From IMG/VR virus record IMGVR_UViG_3300005142_000031: a stretch of DNA of 64,000 nt; one strand, written 5' to 3'. The notes under the pieces are model-generated. The model ran no database searches. It was not told where the DNA came from and was given only the letters and a program-made list of their open reading frames with translations. The stretch's first letter is position 1. Every line of letters begins with the position of its first letter. Shown here piece by piece: positions 1 through 9,790 of this stretch. The translations under genes and the position numbers were made by a program. This DNA comes from an uncultured virus (IMG/VR IMGVR_UViG_3300005142_000031). Taxonomy: Duplodnaviria > Heunggongvirae > Uroviricota > Caudoviricetes.

Positions 1-1092
1 TTATTTATCAGCGGTGTGCGTGCGGCGGGTGGGAAAACGCAGCACGTTTTGCGCGAGATTCGCCTCGAGCCGGAGCTTCTCGACCCGATCAGCATCCTCG
101 ATCACGTCCGAATCGGTCAGGTGGACATAGACCATCGTAGTCTCCAGATCGTCGTGCCCGAGGATGCGCTGGAGCTTCTCGATCCGACCGCCGTCCTGCA
201 GGTAGCGCGTGGCGAAAGTGTGCCGGCAGTCGTAGAAGCGGATCTTGGGGTCGACGCCGGCCCGCTTGCGCACCCCGCCCCACCAGGACGCCGTGTAGTA
301 CCGCCCGTTGCCCCGGCGCGACGGGAAGAACAGCGCGGTCTCCTCTTTCGGCCAAACCTGGCGCAGCGCGTCCATCGCCCGATTGGTGATCGGCACGGTG
401 CGGATCGTCGAGTCCTTGTTCATCGACGCCGGCAGCAGGAAGGTGCGCTTGCCGGTGACGTGCTCCGGCGTGATCGCGTAGATCTCATTCGGACGCAGGC
501 CGCATTCAATCGCCACCACGATCATGCAGGCGTGGTCGATGCGGTTGCAGGCGTCGAGCAGGGCCTTCTCCTCGCCCTTGGTGATCGGGCGCACCTGAGG
601 CCGGGCCTTCTTGAATTTGATCTCCCGGGTCATCAGCAGTTCGCGCACCGGGTTCCTGCGGATCACCGCGGTCTCGAACACCTTGGACACGAAGCTCAGA
701 CGCACCCGGATCGACGGATCGCCGACGCCTCGGGCTCGCTCGTGGGCGATGAAACCAGCCACCAGCTCTATGGTCAGCTCGCCCAGGTACATCGTCCTGG
801 GGTCAAACCCCGCCTGATCCAGGTACAACGACCAGCGGATCAGGGAGCTTTCCATGCTTTCTCGGGTGTTCGGCTTCTTCTGGCTGTCGATCAGCGCCAT
901 CGCCACTTCGATGAACTTGGGCTGATCGCGGAACGCCTTGCGGCGCTCGACCTCAGCAAGAAGCTGCTTCAGCTGGATCTCAGCTTCTTGCCAGTCCGAC
1001 GTTCCAGAAGAATGTCGAGTCGTTCGGCCGCGCTCGTCCTCGTATTCGAGGTAGAGACGCGGGCTGTCCTTTCGACGGTAGACTCTTGCCAT
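1..1092 (-). CDS. int: Tyrosine recombinase / phage integrase
   Basis: N-terminal arm-binding-like segment, then catalytic set GLRPNE (R), K, YDCRHTFAT (HxxR box, here YxxR), LGH, TTMVY. Start taken at ATG 1092; alternative GTG 1107. Stop codon at 1-3. Confidence 0.93.
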   Translation of the reverse strand: MARVYRRKDSPRLYLEYEDERGRTTRHSSGTSDWQEAEIQLKQLLAEVERRKAFRDQPKFIEVAMALIDSQKKPNTRESMESSLIRWSLYLDQAGFDPRTMYLGELTIELVAGFIAHERARGVGDPSIRVRLSFVSKVFETAVIRRNPVRELLMTREIKFKKARPQVRPITKGEEKALLDACNRIDHACMIVVAIECGLRPNEIYAITPEHVTGKRTFLLPASMNKDSTIRTVPITNRAMDALRQVWPKEETALFFPSRRGNGRYYTASWWGGVRKRAGVDPKIRFYDCRHTFATRYLQDGGRIEKLQRILGHDDLETTMVYVHLTDSDVIEDADRVEKLRLEANLAQNVLRFPTRRTHTADK

Positions 1093-1283
1093 CCTTGGGT
1101 CATCCACCTTGTCAGTTGGTCTCTCGGGATGCGCCAGCGGCTGCCGACGCGGATCGCGGGCAGCTTACCATCGTGCGCCATCATCTGGACCATCCGGCGA
1201 CTGACTCGGAGGAGATCAGCGACCTCCTGGGGGGTCATCAGATCGGGGGGCCTGTCCTGTTCTTCTTGTTTCCGTTGCAACAT
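969..1283 (-). CDS. xis: Excisionase-family (HTH_17/MerR-like) DNA-binding protein
   Basis: LMTPQEVADLLRVSRRMVQMMAHDGKLPAIRVGSRWRIP is a classic Xis-like winged helix; overlaps the 5' end of the integrase. Confidence 0.85.
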   Translation of the reverse strand: MLQRKQEEQDRPPDLMTPQEVADLLRVSRRMVQMMAHDGKLPAIRVGSRWRIPRDQLTRWMTQGWQESTVERTARVSTSNTRTSAAERLDILLERRTGKKLRSS

Positions 1284-1420
1284 CTAGCGGTCACCCCTGA
1301 CGACTTGAACGCGTGCACAGCGGTACCTCTATCTTACAGCCCTCTCCACACTTGCGGCAATCGCGATTCAGTTTCTAAGGGCACATCCTTGGATCATACG
1401 ACCGACGATCCTCAAGGATA

Positions 1421-1639
1421 TCAAGAAGTTTCGATCTGATCGGCCATGCCTCGGAGCCATTCGACAACCGTCCGCTTGTCGTAGGCCCCAAGCAGTAAAG
1501 TTGTGCCGACCATCACCAGGGCTGTTGCCGGAATGTGGGGGGCCGTGACACCGCGGTAGATCATCCTGAAGAAGGCGCTCAACCCCTCCTCTAAGCCGAC
1601 CGCGATCTGAGCGTCTTCTTTCATGCCTCGATTTGCCAT
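1421..1639 (-). CDS. Hypothetical protein
   Basis: 72-aa ORF on the coding strand, plausible composition, no motif recognised. Confidence 0.5.
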   Translation of the reverse strand: MANRGMKEDAQIAVGLEEGLSAFFRMIYRGVTAPHIPATALVMVGTTLLLGAYDKRTVVEWLRGMADQIETS

Positions 1640-1664
1640 CTACCACCCCGTTGAACCTGAGCCA

Positions 1665-1913
1665 TCAGCCGGTCGCCCGGCCGGTCCCGGCCGACGCCAC
1701 CTGAGCGATCGCCCGGAACAATTTCTTGGTTGGAACCCTGTGCATCGCCTCCGCGGAAACAAGCCCCTTCACGACGGATTCGGCTTCCGCACGATCAGCA
1801 CCGAGGGTCATGTCCCATTGCGTGCCGTCCTGTAAACAGGTGATCCGCCACTCGCCCCCCTTATCTTCGCGCCAGAGCGGCGAAATGAAGGTCGGTTGTG
1901 TCGCGCGGGTCAT
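1665..1913 (-). CDS. Hypothetical protein
   Basis: 82-aa ORF with strong SD (AGGAGG) upstream. Confidence 0.6.
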   Translation of the reverse strand: MTRATQPTFISPLWREDKGGEWRITCLQDGTQWDMTLGADRAEAESVVKGLVSAEAMHRVPTKKLFRAIAQVASAGTGRATG

Positions 1914-1987
1914 CCCATACCCTCCTGGTTTGAGCGATGACGTGCATACGTTCTATCACAAAGGGACATTGAGTTGAATAGGGATAC

Positions 1988-2018
1988 AAAAAAGCCCCGC
2001 AGACATTCTGCGGGGCTC
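1988..2018 (-). terminator. Rho-independent terminator
   Basis: Stem GCCCCGCAGA/TCTGCGGGGC with a 3-nt loop and a T6 tract on the minus strand, just after the 343-aa gene. Confidence 0.85.
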
Positions 2019-2036
2019 TCTTGCGAGCAATCTTGG

Positions 2037-3068
2037 TCAGACTTCAACCGCCAAGTTGATGTCAGGGAAAGCCTCCTCGAACAGTTCGAGCACCTTCTCG
2101 TAGCCGATCGACTGGAACACCTCGGCGCTCGGTGGCCCGGCCGGCTCGCCACCCTGGCCGGAGAAGTTGTTGACGAACTCCAGGCAGATGAACTCCAGGG
2201 CCACCGTGTCGACCGTGGTGCCCGCGGCCTCCTTGGCCTTGTCGAGCGCCGACTTGATCGTCTCGGCCTGATCCTCGTGGGCCTTGAAGGTCATCGTCGT
2301 GGTCTTGGCCGGCGCCGCGTCGTCACCACCCGAGTTCGACTCACCTTCGCCCTTGAACTGCTTGACCTCCTCGATCAGCTCCTTGGTGGTCAGGGTCTTG
2401 GCCTTCTCCACCCAGTGATCGACGTTGTCCGAGGTCAGGACTGGCGAGACCTCCTTGATCTTGGTCCAGCCGACCGCCTTCACCTTGTCCCAGGGGACGC
2501 CGGCCTCGACCAGGTCGTTGTAGATCTGGATCGCGTACATCGCCGTCCGGTACTTGATGTTGAATTCGGCCTCGATGTACTCCTTCAGCGACCCGTGCTC
2601 GCCGAACCAGCCGTTCTCCTGGATCTTCGAGAGCACGCCGCCCATCTTGAAGAACGAGAACTCGGTGTCCTCGACGATCTGGTGCAGCGCCGCATGGCAC
2701 TGGCTCTCGTTCAGGTTCTCGATCTCGAACGCCGTCTTGGCGATCAGGTCGGTGTTGCCCTCGACGATCTCGCCGTTGAGTACCGACCCCTGGGTGGCGA
2801 CCGCGCCGGCACTGTCGGGATACAGAGCCTGGATCAGGGCCGCCTTCTTATCGGCGACCTTGAGCGTCGAGTAGTTGTCGATCTCCCACGGCATCTGGCC
2901 GTACAGCGCATCGAGCTGCTTGCCGTTCATCTTGTTGATCTCGGCCGGGCTCGGGGTCTGGGCCACGTCAGCCTCCTGCTGGTTCTGGGCCTGGGTGTCG
3001 GACGGGGTTTCGGCTTTGGCCGGTTGACCCTGCATGCCGTCGAGCACGGCCATCGTTGCGACTGACAT
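2037..3068 (-). CDS. Hypothetical acidic protein, probable DNA-binding protein (HTH-like core, possible ribbon-helix-helix-like C-terminus)
   Basis: Own promoter and strong SD. Segments GSLKEYIEAEFNIKYRTAMYAIQIY and VGWTKIKEV are HTH-like; TTMTFKAHEDQAETIKSALDKAKE is strand-helix-helix-like. Function is inferred. Confidence 0.6.
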   Translation of the reverse strand: MSVATMAVLDGMQGQPAKAETPSDTQAQNQQEADVAQTPSPAEINKMNGKQLDALYGQMPWEIDNYSTLKVADKKAALIQALYPDSAGAVATQGSVLNGEIVEGNTDLIAKTAFEIENLNESQCHAALHQIVEDTEFSFFKMGGVLSKIQENGWFGEHGSLKEYIEAEFNIKYRTAMYAIQIYNDLVEAGVPWDKVKAVGWTKIKEVSPVLTSDNVDHWVEKAKTLTTKELIEEVKQFKGEGESNSGGDDAAPAKTTTMTFKAHEDQAETIKSALDKAKEAAGTTVDTVALEFICLEFVNNFSGQGGEPAGPPSAEVFQSIGYEKVLELFEEAFPDINLAVEV

Positions 3069-3101
3069 CCTGTCTTTCCCTCCTTGGGTTTCGATACGAT
3101 T

Positions 3102-3129
3102 ACGGTACCATGAGTGCAATCAATTGCAA
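3102..3129 (-). promoter_or_regulatory. Putative sigma70-type promoter overlapped by a palindrome copy
   Basis: TTGCAA-16 bp-TACCGT on the minus strand; the -35 and spacer coincide with the palindrome at 3115-3128. Confidence 0.5.
3115..3128. repeat. Dispersed palindrome TGCAAT-NN-ATTGCA (intergenic)
   Basis: TGCAATCAATTGCA read directly. Confidence 0.95.
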
Positions 3130-3141
3130 ATGAATTGACAC

Positions 3142-3666
3142 TCAGGCAGCCTCGACCGAGACATGGCGCATCTTGGCCATCGCCTCGTCCTGCGCCTTGG
3201 TCAGATCGGTCAGGTGGTCGAGCGCGGCGAGGCCCATGCAGGCCAGACCGAAGGCGTCGGCCAGGTCGTTCGACGGCGCCTCGTAGCCCCAGCGCTTGAA
3301 CACCTGCATCATCATCTGCTCCTTCTTGGCGTTGCCGGTGCCGGTGACGAACTTCTTCAGAGTCGCTGGCGCCACCAGGTGGAACGACAGGCCGTGCTGC
3401 AGCAGAAACCAACGCAGCACCGTGCCGACCTCGACCAGGGGCACCAGCGTGTGGGCGTTGGCGTAGCCATAATCCTCGATCACCACCACGTCGGGCCGGG
3501 TCTCGATCACCAGCGAGGACAGCTGGTCGGCCATCGCGCTGTAGCGCCCGTACCACTTCTTTTTCGGCGCCTGGATCACCCTCTCGATCACGATCTGCGG
3601 GCCCGGACACAGCATCACCGCTCCGGTGGCGGTCGACGAGATGTCGAGACCGAGCGCGAGCGTCAT
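3142..3666 (-). CDS. ruvC: RuvC-like Holliday junction resolvase
   Basis: LGLDISSTATG, VVIED, ATLKKFVTGTGNAKK and NDLADAFGL supply the D, E, D, D catalytic residues. Confidence 0.9.
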   Translation of the reverse strand: MTLALGLDISSTATGAVMLCPGPQIVIERVIQAPKKKWYGRYSAMADQLSSLVIETRPDVVVIEDYGYANAHTLVPLVEVGTVLRWFLLQHGLSFHLVAPATLKKFVTGTGNAKKEQMMMQVFKRWGYEAPSNDLADAFGLACMGLAALDHLTDLTKAQDEAMAKMRHVSVEAA

Positions 3667-4589
3667 GCCAGGGCCTCCTCGAGATCGACCGGGTGGGCCG
3701 GCTGGGGTGCGTCCGCGGCGAAGCAGGCGCTGCTCACCGGACACTTCTTCGCCCGCTCGCACTGGGCGTTGTCGCAGACACCCGCCGGCATAGGGTGATC
3801 GACCCAAGTGCGGAACCGATGGTACAGCCCCGCCTTGATCCACAGGTCGTCGGTATCCTCGTCCTTGCGGGCGACTGCATACTCCTTGAACGGACTGTAC
3901 TTGTCGTCCGGGAAGTCATAGGCCTCGACCTCCTTGTCGAGACAGCCGAAGCCCCCCTTCGAGACATAGAGCACGATCGCGCTGTCGAGATCGACCTTGT
4001 CGGCGAACGGGTGTCCGCTGTCGGCGACGATGCGGAGGTAGAGATTGGTGCGCTGGCGGTGCTCGGCGATCGGCATCAGCAGCTTCTTGAACTCTTCCTT
4101 GTCGATCGACTTGACCTCGACCAGCTTGAAGCGGTCGCCGTTGGTCCTGGCGAAGCAGTCGATGCCGCAGCCGATGCCGGTCTCCTGCGATCGGAACCGG
4201 TGCTCCTCGGGCGCCAACGCCGTGCAGCCGCATCCGTGACAAGCCACTGGTCTCACCGTGAGCTCGTGCAATTGCTTGCACGCGACGCAGCGCCAATCGG
4301 TGACCGCCCGGCCCGACTCCACCAGCCAGTCGATCACCATGTCCTGAACCAGCCGGCCGATCGAGAAGGTCGTGGCCAGCGAGGTCGAAATGAACTGGTC
4401 GGGGGCTTTGTACTTGGTGAGGTCCATCAGAGCCCACTCTCGCGGACAGAACGTGCCCTTGGTCAGCTCCGATGCGTGCATGTTGATCCGCGACCGGGGC
4501 GGACTGCGATGCGCCAGCTTCTTGTGCAGATACCGCTTCAGGCGATGCTCGCCCTTATGCTCCTTCAGCGTCTTCAGCCATTTCGCCAT
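3663..4589 (-). CDS. PD-(D/E)XK exonuclease (Cas4/RecB-like) with Cys clusters
   Basis: HASEL..CPR, GIDCF, VEVKS, LYL and C-terminal cysteines. Confidence 0.8.
   Translation of the reverse strand: MAKWLKTLKEHKGEHRLKRYLHKKLAHRSPPRSRINMHASELTKGTFCPREWALMDLTKYKAPDQFISTSLATTFSIGRLVQDMVIDWLVESGRAVTDWRCVACKQLHELTVRPVACHGCGCTALAPEEHRFRSQETGIGCGIDCFARTNGDRFKLVEVKSIDKEEFKKLLMPIAEHRQRTNLYLRIVADSGHPFADKVDLDSAIVLYVSKGGFGCLDKEVEAYDFPDDKYSPFKEYAVARKDEDTDDLWIKAGLYHRFRTWVDHPMPAGVCDNAQCERAKKCPVSSACFAADAPQPAHPVDLEEALA
4267..4280. repeat. Dispersed palindrome, 1-mismatch variant (in exonuclease)
   Basis: TGCAATTGCTTGCA. Confidence 0.6.
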
Positions 4590-4941
4590 CCCTGGCCTCC
4601 GTCAATCTCCGGAACTCCTCCTCCCGGATCGCGATCCATCGCCCGTCCGGCACCGGCCGCCCGTCGGCATGCGTGAAGGTCAGCGCCACGGCCGGGCTCT
4701 TGCCGGCCATCCGCGCCTCGTCCACGATCTTCGACAGCCATCGGTACTGCAAGCCCAGACTGCTGCCGGTGGTCGATTTCGCCTCCACCCGGAAGGCCGG
4801 CAGGTCGATGTCGCCCTTCTCTGCGCCGGCGCCCGAGCCGGGGATCTGGCGACCACCCAGGCGGCGGGCGAGACGCCTCTCCGAGGCCCGGCCCGGGTCG
4901 CCGATGCGCTGGCCGCGCTTGCGGGCGAGATACGGATTCAC
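4555..4941 (-). CDS. Hjc-like Holliday junction resolvase / PD-(D/E)XK endonuclease
   Basis: GRASERRLA..PGSGA..KGDI..VEAKST pattern. Confidence 0.75.
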   Translation of the reverse strand: MNPYLARKRGQRIGDPGRASERRLARRLGGRQIPGSGAGAEKGDIDLPAFRVEAKSTTGSSLGLQYRWLSKIVDEARMAGKSPAVALTFTHADGRPVPDGRWIAIREEEFRRLTEARDGEMAEDAEGA

Positions 4942-5963
4942 CCCTGCCCTCCCTGCTTGAGGGCGGTGTCGATGATTGTCTGACGCACCTTGGTGCCGAA
5001 GGCTGGATCGCCGACCAGTCGCTGCCGGCAGGCCTCCAGGTTGGGATACTTCTCTCCCAGCATGGTCCAGCCTCCCGGTGCCTTGTCGAGCATGCCCATG
5101 TCCTTCATCCAGGCTGACACGCTGTTCCAGTCATCGGTCTCGCCGACCTGAAGCCCCTTGTGGGGATGGACGACCAGCCGGAACTCCGCGGAGTCGGCGT
5201 AGATCGGGCATTTCGACTTGGTGATCTGGATCTTGGTCTCCTTGAGGATCGGCCGGTCCTTGATCACCTTTGGGTCGCTGATGTTCTTTCCGTAGGTGCG
5301 GATCGTCAGGCCGGACTGGAACTTCGGCGCGTTGCCGCCCGGCATGGTCTCCGGGTTGCCGTACATCACCCCGATCTTGAACCGGGTCTGGTTGATGTAG
5401 ATCAATGTCGGCAGCCGGCCGGCCTTGCGGGCCAGGTTCAGGGCGTGCGTGGTCTTGCGCACCAGCTTGCCGGTGACCAGCGCCGAGCCACCTACATTGG
5501 CCTTCTCCGCCGAGTTGTCGAGCTCCTGCGTGGTGACCATCGCCGCCAGGCTGTCGATCACCACCATGCCGACATCATCGGCGCACAGGAACGCCTCGAC
5601 CATGTCCACGGTCTGCTCAGCGTAGTCCGGCCAGATCACGATCAGCTCGTCGACATCGACCCCCATCAGCGCGGCCCATTGCGGGTCGAAGCTGTTCTCG
5701 ATGTCGACGAACACGCATTTCTGGTCCGGCCACAGGGCCTGGTGCATGGCGATCGCCTTCAGGCAGAGGTTCGTCTTGTTCGAGCTCTCCGGCCCGTAGA
5801 CGATAGCCACCTTGCCGCGGGGGAATCCCCCACCGGTGGCCAGGTCGAACGGGAAGATGCCGGTGGGCAGCCGCTCGGCATCCTGCATCTGAGCCCCCTT
5901 CGACCCGACCGCCGCGCCATAGTCCTTCTGGAACGTACCCAGCAGGTCGTTGACCGTGGGCAT
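4938..5963 (-). CDS. recA: RecA/UvsX-like recombinase
   Basis: [20 protein letters not shown], Walker [41 protein letters not shown]. Confidence 0.95.
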   Translation of the reverse strand: MPTVNDLLGTFQKDYGAAVGSKGAQMQDAERLPTGIFPFDLATGGGFPRGKVAIVYGPESSNKTNLCLKAIAMHQALWPDQKCVFVDIENSFDPQWAALMGVDVDELIVIWPDYAEQTVDMVEAFLCADDVGMVVIDSLAAMVTTQELDNSAEKANVGGSALVTGKLVRKTTHALNLARKAGRLPTLIYINQTRFKIGVMYGNPETMPGGNAPKFQSGLTIRTYGKNISDPKVIKDRPILKETKIQITKSKCPIYADSAEFRLVVHPHKGLQVGETDDWNSVSAWMKDMGMLDKAPGGWTMLGEKYPNLEACRQRLVGDPAFGTKVRQTIIDTALKQGGQG

Positions 5964-6271
5964 CAGTCGTCTCCGCTGATCTGCGCCAGACGCTCCTCGA
6001 GCCGGTCATCGACCCACTGGGTCGCCCAGGCGTAGACCTCGTTGATCTCCTCGTGCTGGCAGGGAATGTCGATCGACACGTCGATCCGGGCGCTCTCGTA
6101 GTTGCCCAGATTCTTGGTCAGACCGGTCTTCACCCCGACATTCACCCACGGCTTGGTGAACAGTGCGGGCTGGCCCACCTTCTCCTCGGTGGTCGCCTCG
6201 TGGCCGTCCGGGGTCTTGACCGTCGTGGTCGCCTTGCCTTGGGCAGTCTTGGACTTGATCTCGACGGGCAT
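5963..6271 (-). CDS. Hypothetical phage protein
   Basis: SD upstream; TKNLGNYESARIDV motif common in small phage replication-region proteins. Confidence 0.7.
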   Translation of the reverse strand: MPVEIKSKTAQGKATTTVKTPDGHEATTEEKVGQPALFTKPWVNVGVKTGLTKNLGNYESARIDVSIDIPCQHEEINEVYAWATQWVDDRLEERLAQISGDD

Positions 6272-6290
6272 CCGGCCCTCCTTCCTTGGT

Positions 6291-7640
6291 CTACAGGTCG
6301 ACGATCTGGCAGCCGATCGAGCGATACCACTTCTCGCGGCTGCGCGCATATCCCTTGAACACCGGGCTGTCGTCGTCGCGGATGTCCATGACGACAGCCT
6401 GCTTCTTGCCGGGATACTCCCGGCGGATACGGCCCACGGCCTGGCGCACGTCCGATTTCGGCGTGCAGAGGATCACTGTGTCAAGCCAGGGGATGTTGGT
6501 ACCCTCCTTCATCATGGCATAGGTCGCCAGGATGATCGGCTTGGCCTTCGACCGGTCGAGCTCGGACTCTGACATGCCGCCGACATAGTCCCCGATGTCC
6601 TTGCCGGGCACGCCGGCGGCAACCAGCAGCTTGCGCATGGTGCGGATGTGCTCCAGCGTGTCGAAGAACATCACCGTGTTGCGCTGCTTGAGATGCGCCG
6701 TCACCGCGAGCTCGGTCAGCAGCCGGTTGCGGGCATCGTCCCGCGCCATCGCCTTCAGCAGATGGCCGGTCTTGCCGGCAACATGCGGGATCTTTTGCAC
6801 CACCCGCCGGCCGCCCTTGCGCACGATCCGCCGCGGCACCGTCCATGGCGAGCGATAGCGTATCACCTTGGGCACCACCTGCTCCAGATGGGCCTTCACC
6901 CGCACCGGGCCGATATGGCTGAAGATCAGCAGCTCCTTGCCGTCGGACCGCTCGGGCGTGGCCGACAAACCGAGGCGCAACCGGGCCGAGACCAGCGAGC
7001 AGACTTCCGAGAAGGTCTCCGCAGCAACCCGGTGCACCTCGTCGATGATCATCATCCCGGCCCAGTCGTAGACGTAGCTGGGGTAGCGATCGGGCTTGCA
7101 CAGACTGTGGCCCATCGCCAACACTACCTTCTTGCCCAGCACGTCGCACTTGTCGGCCTGGACGATGCCGATCTCGTGGTCGGCGAGGCCGAGGAACCGC
7201 TTCAGCTCACCGTGCCACTGCTTCATCAGGTCCTCCTTGAACAGGACGACCAGCGTGGTCAGGCCGATATGCGCGATCACAGGCATGGTCACCGCGGTCT
7301 TGCCGAAGCCGGTCGGCGCCTGCAGGCAGCCGGACCGGCCCTCCTTGAGGAACTGGACAGTCTCCTCGATCACCCGGGCCTGCTCCTCGTTGCGCGGCTC
7401 GAAGCTGACCGAGAAATCGACCGGCTCGCCCGGGGCCCGACGATCGTTCACCGGCTCGGGACAGACCGCCCGAGGCAGCAGGATCGTACCGCCCATGCGT
7501 TTGTACAGCAGGTAGGGATCGCCGAACCGGGTCGTCGCTTTGAACTGCTCGGCGAGCGCGTTGGAGTAGGGGTAGGCCGCCAGGGCGCCGGTCCATTCCG
7601 GGTGCTGATGCTGGATCAGCTGGTTCACGAACGTCGTCAT
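6291..7640 (-). CDS. SF2 (DEAD/DEAH-like) helicase
   Basis: APTGFGKT, IIDEVH, GLSATPER, EGTNIP, QAVGRIRR. Confidence 0.93.
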   Translation of the reverse strand: MTTFVNQLIQHQHPEWTGALAAYPYSNALAEQFKATTRFGDPYLLYKRMGGTILLPRAVCPEPVNDRRAPGEPVDFSVSFEPRNEEQARVIEETVQFLKEGRSGCLQAPTGFGKTAVTMPVIAHIGLTTLVVLFKEDLMKQWHGELKRFLGLADHEIGIVQADKCDVLGKKVVLAMGHSLCKPDRYPSYVYDWAGMMIIDEVHRVAAETFSEVCSLVSARLRLGLSATPERSDGKELLIFSHIGPVRVKAHLEQVVPKVIRYRSPWTVPRRIVRKGGRRVVQKIPHVAGKTGHLLKAMARDDARNRLLTELAVTAHLKQRNTVMFFDTLEHIRTMRKLLVAAGVPGKDIGDYVGGMSESELDRSKAKPIILATYAMMKEGTNIPWLDTVILCTPKSDVRQAVGRIRREYPGKKQAVVMDIRDDDSPVFKGYARSREKWYRSIGCQIVDL

Positions 7641-7731
7641 CCGCAGGTCCCATCCATGGGAGAGGTGTGGGGCGCCGCCTGGGGAGGGGAGGCTGGCGGC
7701 GCCCCACGACCGGGCCGGAGGGGCGGCCCGG

Positions 7732-8493
7732 TTACAGCTGCTGTTCGAGCTGCTTGGTGTCGACCTCGGACGGTCCGGTCTCGCCGCCGACGCCGGAGAA
7801 CGGCTTGCCGATGCCCATCTGCTGGAGCTCCTCCGGCGACCGGTAGGTCAGCTCGTTCTCATAGTTGGGCGGCATGGTCAGCTCCTCGCCGTACGTCTTG
7901 ACCAGCTCCTCCTCGGTCATCTTGCCCTCAACCGAGAACACGTCACCGCAGTTGGGCGCCTTGTCGTTCGACCGGCTGATTTCGATGGTGACACCGCGCA
8001 GGCCATTGCGCTTGGCGGCGATCTTCTGCAGGTACGCCCGGGCCTGGGTCTTGGCGAGGTAGAGCCGCTTCTGGTCCTTGCGGACCTGGCCGGTGTTCTG
8101 GCCCTTCTGGACGGTGTACTGCGTGTGGTCGATCAGGCTCAGGAACACCACGACCGAGGGCCGGTCACCGTCTGCGCACATCGGGCAGTATTCCCCGGCC
8201 TCCTGGCAGCAGATCAGAGTCTCCCAGCGGTTCGCCCCGACCCGCACGGTGTGCAGCGCACTGATGCCGCCGCCGACCAGGTCGCCGTCCTCGTCGACAT
8301 CGCCATCCAGGAAGGTGACGATCTTCTCCTCGCCTTCCTTGAGGCGGAACGGCCACAGCTTGTTGGACTGCTCCCGGGCCAGCTGGGCCTCGGTCTCGGC
8401 CTGTTCGAGCCGCTGCTTGGCGTCCTTGCCCTTCTTGAGCCACGACGGGGCCTTGGCCTCGCCGGTCTCCTTGCTCTTCATCGTGACAGGCAT
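7732..8493 (-). CDS. Single-stranded DNA-binding protein (gp32-like)
   Basis: FRLKEGEEKIVTFLD, His/Cys Zn ligands (CC..CPMC), acidic tail, located between primase and helicase. Confidence 0.7.
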   Translation of the reverse strand: MPVTMKSKETGEAKAPSWLKKGKDAKQRLEQAETEAQLAREQSNKLWPFRLKEGEEKIVTFLDGDVDEDGDLVGGGISALHTVRVGANRWETLICCQEAGEYCPMCADGDRPSVVVFLSLIDHTQYTVQKGQNTGQVRKDQKRLYLAKTQARAYLQKIAAKRNGLRGVTIEISRSNDKAPNCGDVFSVEGKMTEEELVKTYGEELTMPPNYENELTYRSPEELQQMGIGKPFSGVGGETGPSEVDTKQLEQQL

Positions 8494-8557
8494 CGCTTGC
8501 CTCCTTGCGTCACATCCAGTGAACGATGAATGACCCATCGGGTCGCTGATGATTCTA

Positions 8558-9535
8558 CTATGGGGACCCTGCCGACTGAAGGAAAAAAGCCTCAACATCG
8601 ACCAGATGTTCAAGGCGCTCGTACAGTTCTTCGGCCGGCGTGTCTCCGGGGTCCTGGCCGAGCTCCAGGTAGACATGGCGGACCGATGCCGACTTGTACT
8701 TTTCCTTTACTTTCTGGCGGGCGAGATCGCCGGCCTCGTCGGCATCGAAGATGGTGACGATCTCGGTCGCGCCGGCCATTCGCGACAGCTTGTCCTCCCA
8801 CAGCGAGGAGGTCAGCGGCGTCACCACATTGCGGTACACCTCCAGTGTCCGGGCAAGGTCGAACACCGACTCGACCATCACAACCGGACGGTCGAGATCG
8901 ACCCAGTGCTCGCCCAGCCAGCACATAGGGTTCGTCCGATGGTTCCAGGGGTACATCAGGTACTTGGGTTGCTGATTGCCACAGGCCCGGCCGTGCAGAC
9001 CGACCAGCCGGCCGGCGAAGTCGCGCACCGGGAAGACGATCCGGTCGCGATAGTCGTCGTAGCGGATATCGAGGAAACCGGCGATCGGGGCTGATACCTC
9101 GCGTTCCGCGAGATACGGGTGGCATACGCCCTCGAACACCGCGGGCTCCATGGCTTCCAGCAGATGCTCCGGAAACGGTTCGGGCTGGCTGACCTTCTTG
9201 ACCTCGCCATAGTCCGGGATATCGAAGACGTCGATCGGGTCCTCGTCTTCCGCCTGTGCAATCAATTGCAAGGCAGTCTTCTTGTCGATCGGCGCCTTGA
9301 GGTCTCCCAGCCGTTGCACCAGCATGGTCTGCGAGCCGGCGAAGTGGCAGCTGAAGCAATGACACCGGCTGTCGCCCGGCTCGATCCTGACCCCGAACGA
9401 CGGGTTCTTGTCTTGGCCCTTGCCGTGGGTCCAGGGCGCGAGGGGACAGCGCGCAACCACCCACCCGCTCCGCTGGGACGGCACGGGGGCGCTCCCGATC
9501 GCCTTCAGGAACGCCCCGATGCGCTGCTCGTCCAT
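8558..9535 (-). CDS. dnaG: DNA primase (CHC2 zinc finger plus TOPRIM)
   Basis: CPLAPWTH..CHCFSC, RIVFPV..GR, PKY, VMVESVFD, FDADEAG. Confidence 0.92.
   Translation of the reverse strand: MDEQRIGAFLKAIGSAPVPSQRSGWVVARCPLAPWTHGKGQDKNPSFGVRIEPGDSRCHCFSCHFAGSQTMLVQRLGDLKAPIDKKTALQLIAQAEDEDPIDVFDIPDYGEVKKVSQPEPFPEHLLEAMEPAVFEGVCHPYLAEREVSAPIAGFLDIRYDDYRDRIVFPVRDFAGRLVGLHGRACGNQQPKYLMYPWNHRTNPMCWLGEHWVDLDRPVVMVESVFDLARTLEVYRNVVTPLTSSLWEDKLSRMAGATEIVTIFDADEAGDLARQKVKEKYKSASVRHVYLELGQDPGDTPAEELYERLEHLVDVEAFFLQSAGSP
9257..9270. repeat. Dispersed palindrome (in primase)
   Basis: TGCAATCAATTGCA; encodes L-Q-L-I-A with rare codons. Confidence 0.95.
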
Positions 9536-9538
9536 GAC

Positions 9539-9790
9539 CTACGACGTAGGCCGCCAGGCCACGAGCCGGGATACGAAACTCTCAAGATCGCACGGCTCGT
9601 CGTTCTCGTCGACCGGCGCGAACTCGAAGTCCCCCGGCTCGTAGAGGCTATGCGTGTAGAAGGCCCGCTCGACCGTGCCGTCGGTCAGCAACACCTCGAC
9701 GATGGACTCGTCCGGCGGCAGCCGACTGGTCACACGTCCGGTCTTCTCCTCGATCGTGAAGGGTGTCCAGGGCCGGTCAGTCTCGGTCAT
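9539..9790 (-). CDS. Hypothetical protein
   Basis: ATGA-coupled to the upstream ORF. Confidence 0.65.
   Translation of the reverse strand: MTETDRPWTPFTIEEKTGRVTSRLPPDESIVEVLLTDGTVERAFYTHSLYEPGDFEFAPVDENDEPCDLESFVSRLVAWRPTS

Noticed and set aside
1..60. Attachment site or tRNA next to the integrase
   Set aside because: The window begins at the integrase stop codon, so no flanking sequence or direct repeat is visible; no tRNA or rRNA was recognised anywhere in the window.
165..245. Integrase inactivated because the HxxR box reads YDCR
   Set aside because: This His is substituted in some active tyrosine recombinases; the other catalytic residues and the ORF are intact.
3663..4589. Cas4-like nuclease as part of a CRISPR-Cas system
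   Set aside because: No cas1/cas2 or array; the context is a phage recombination operon.
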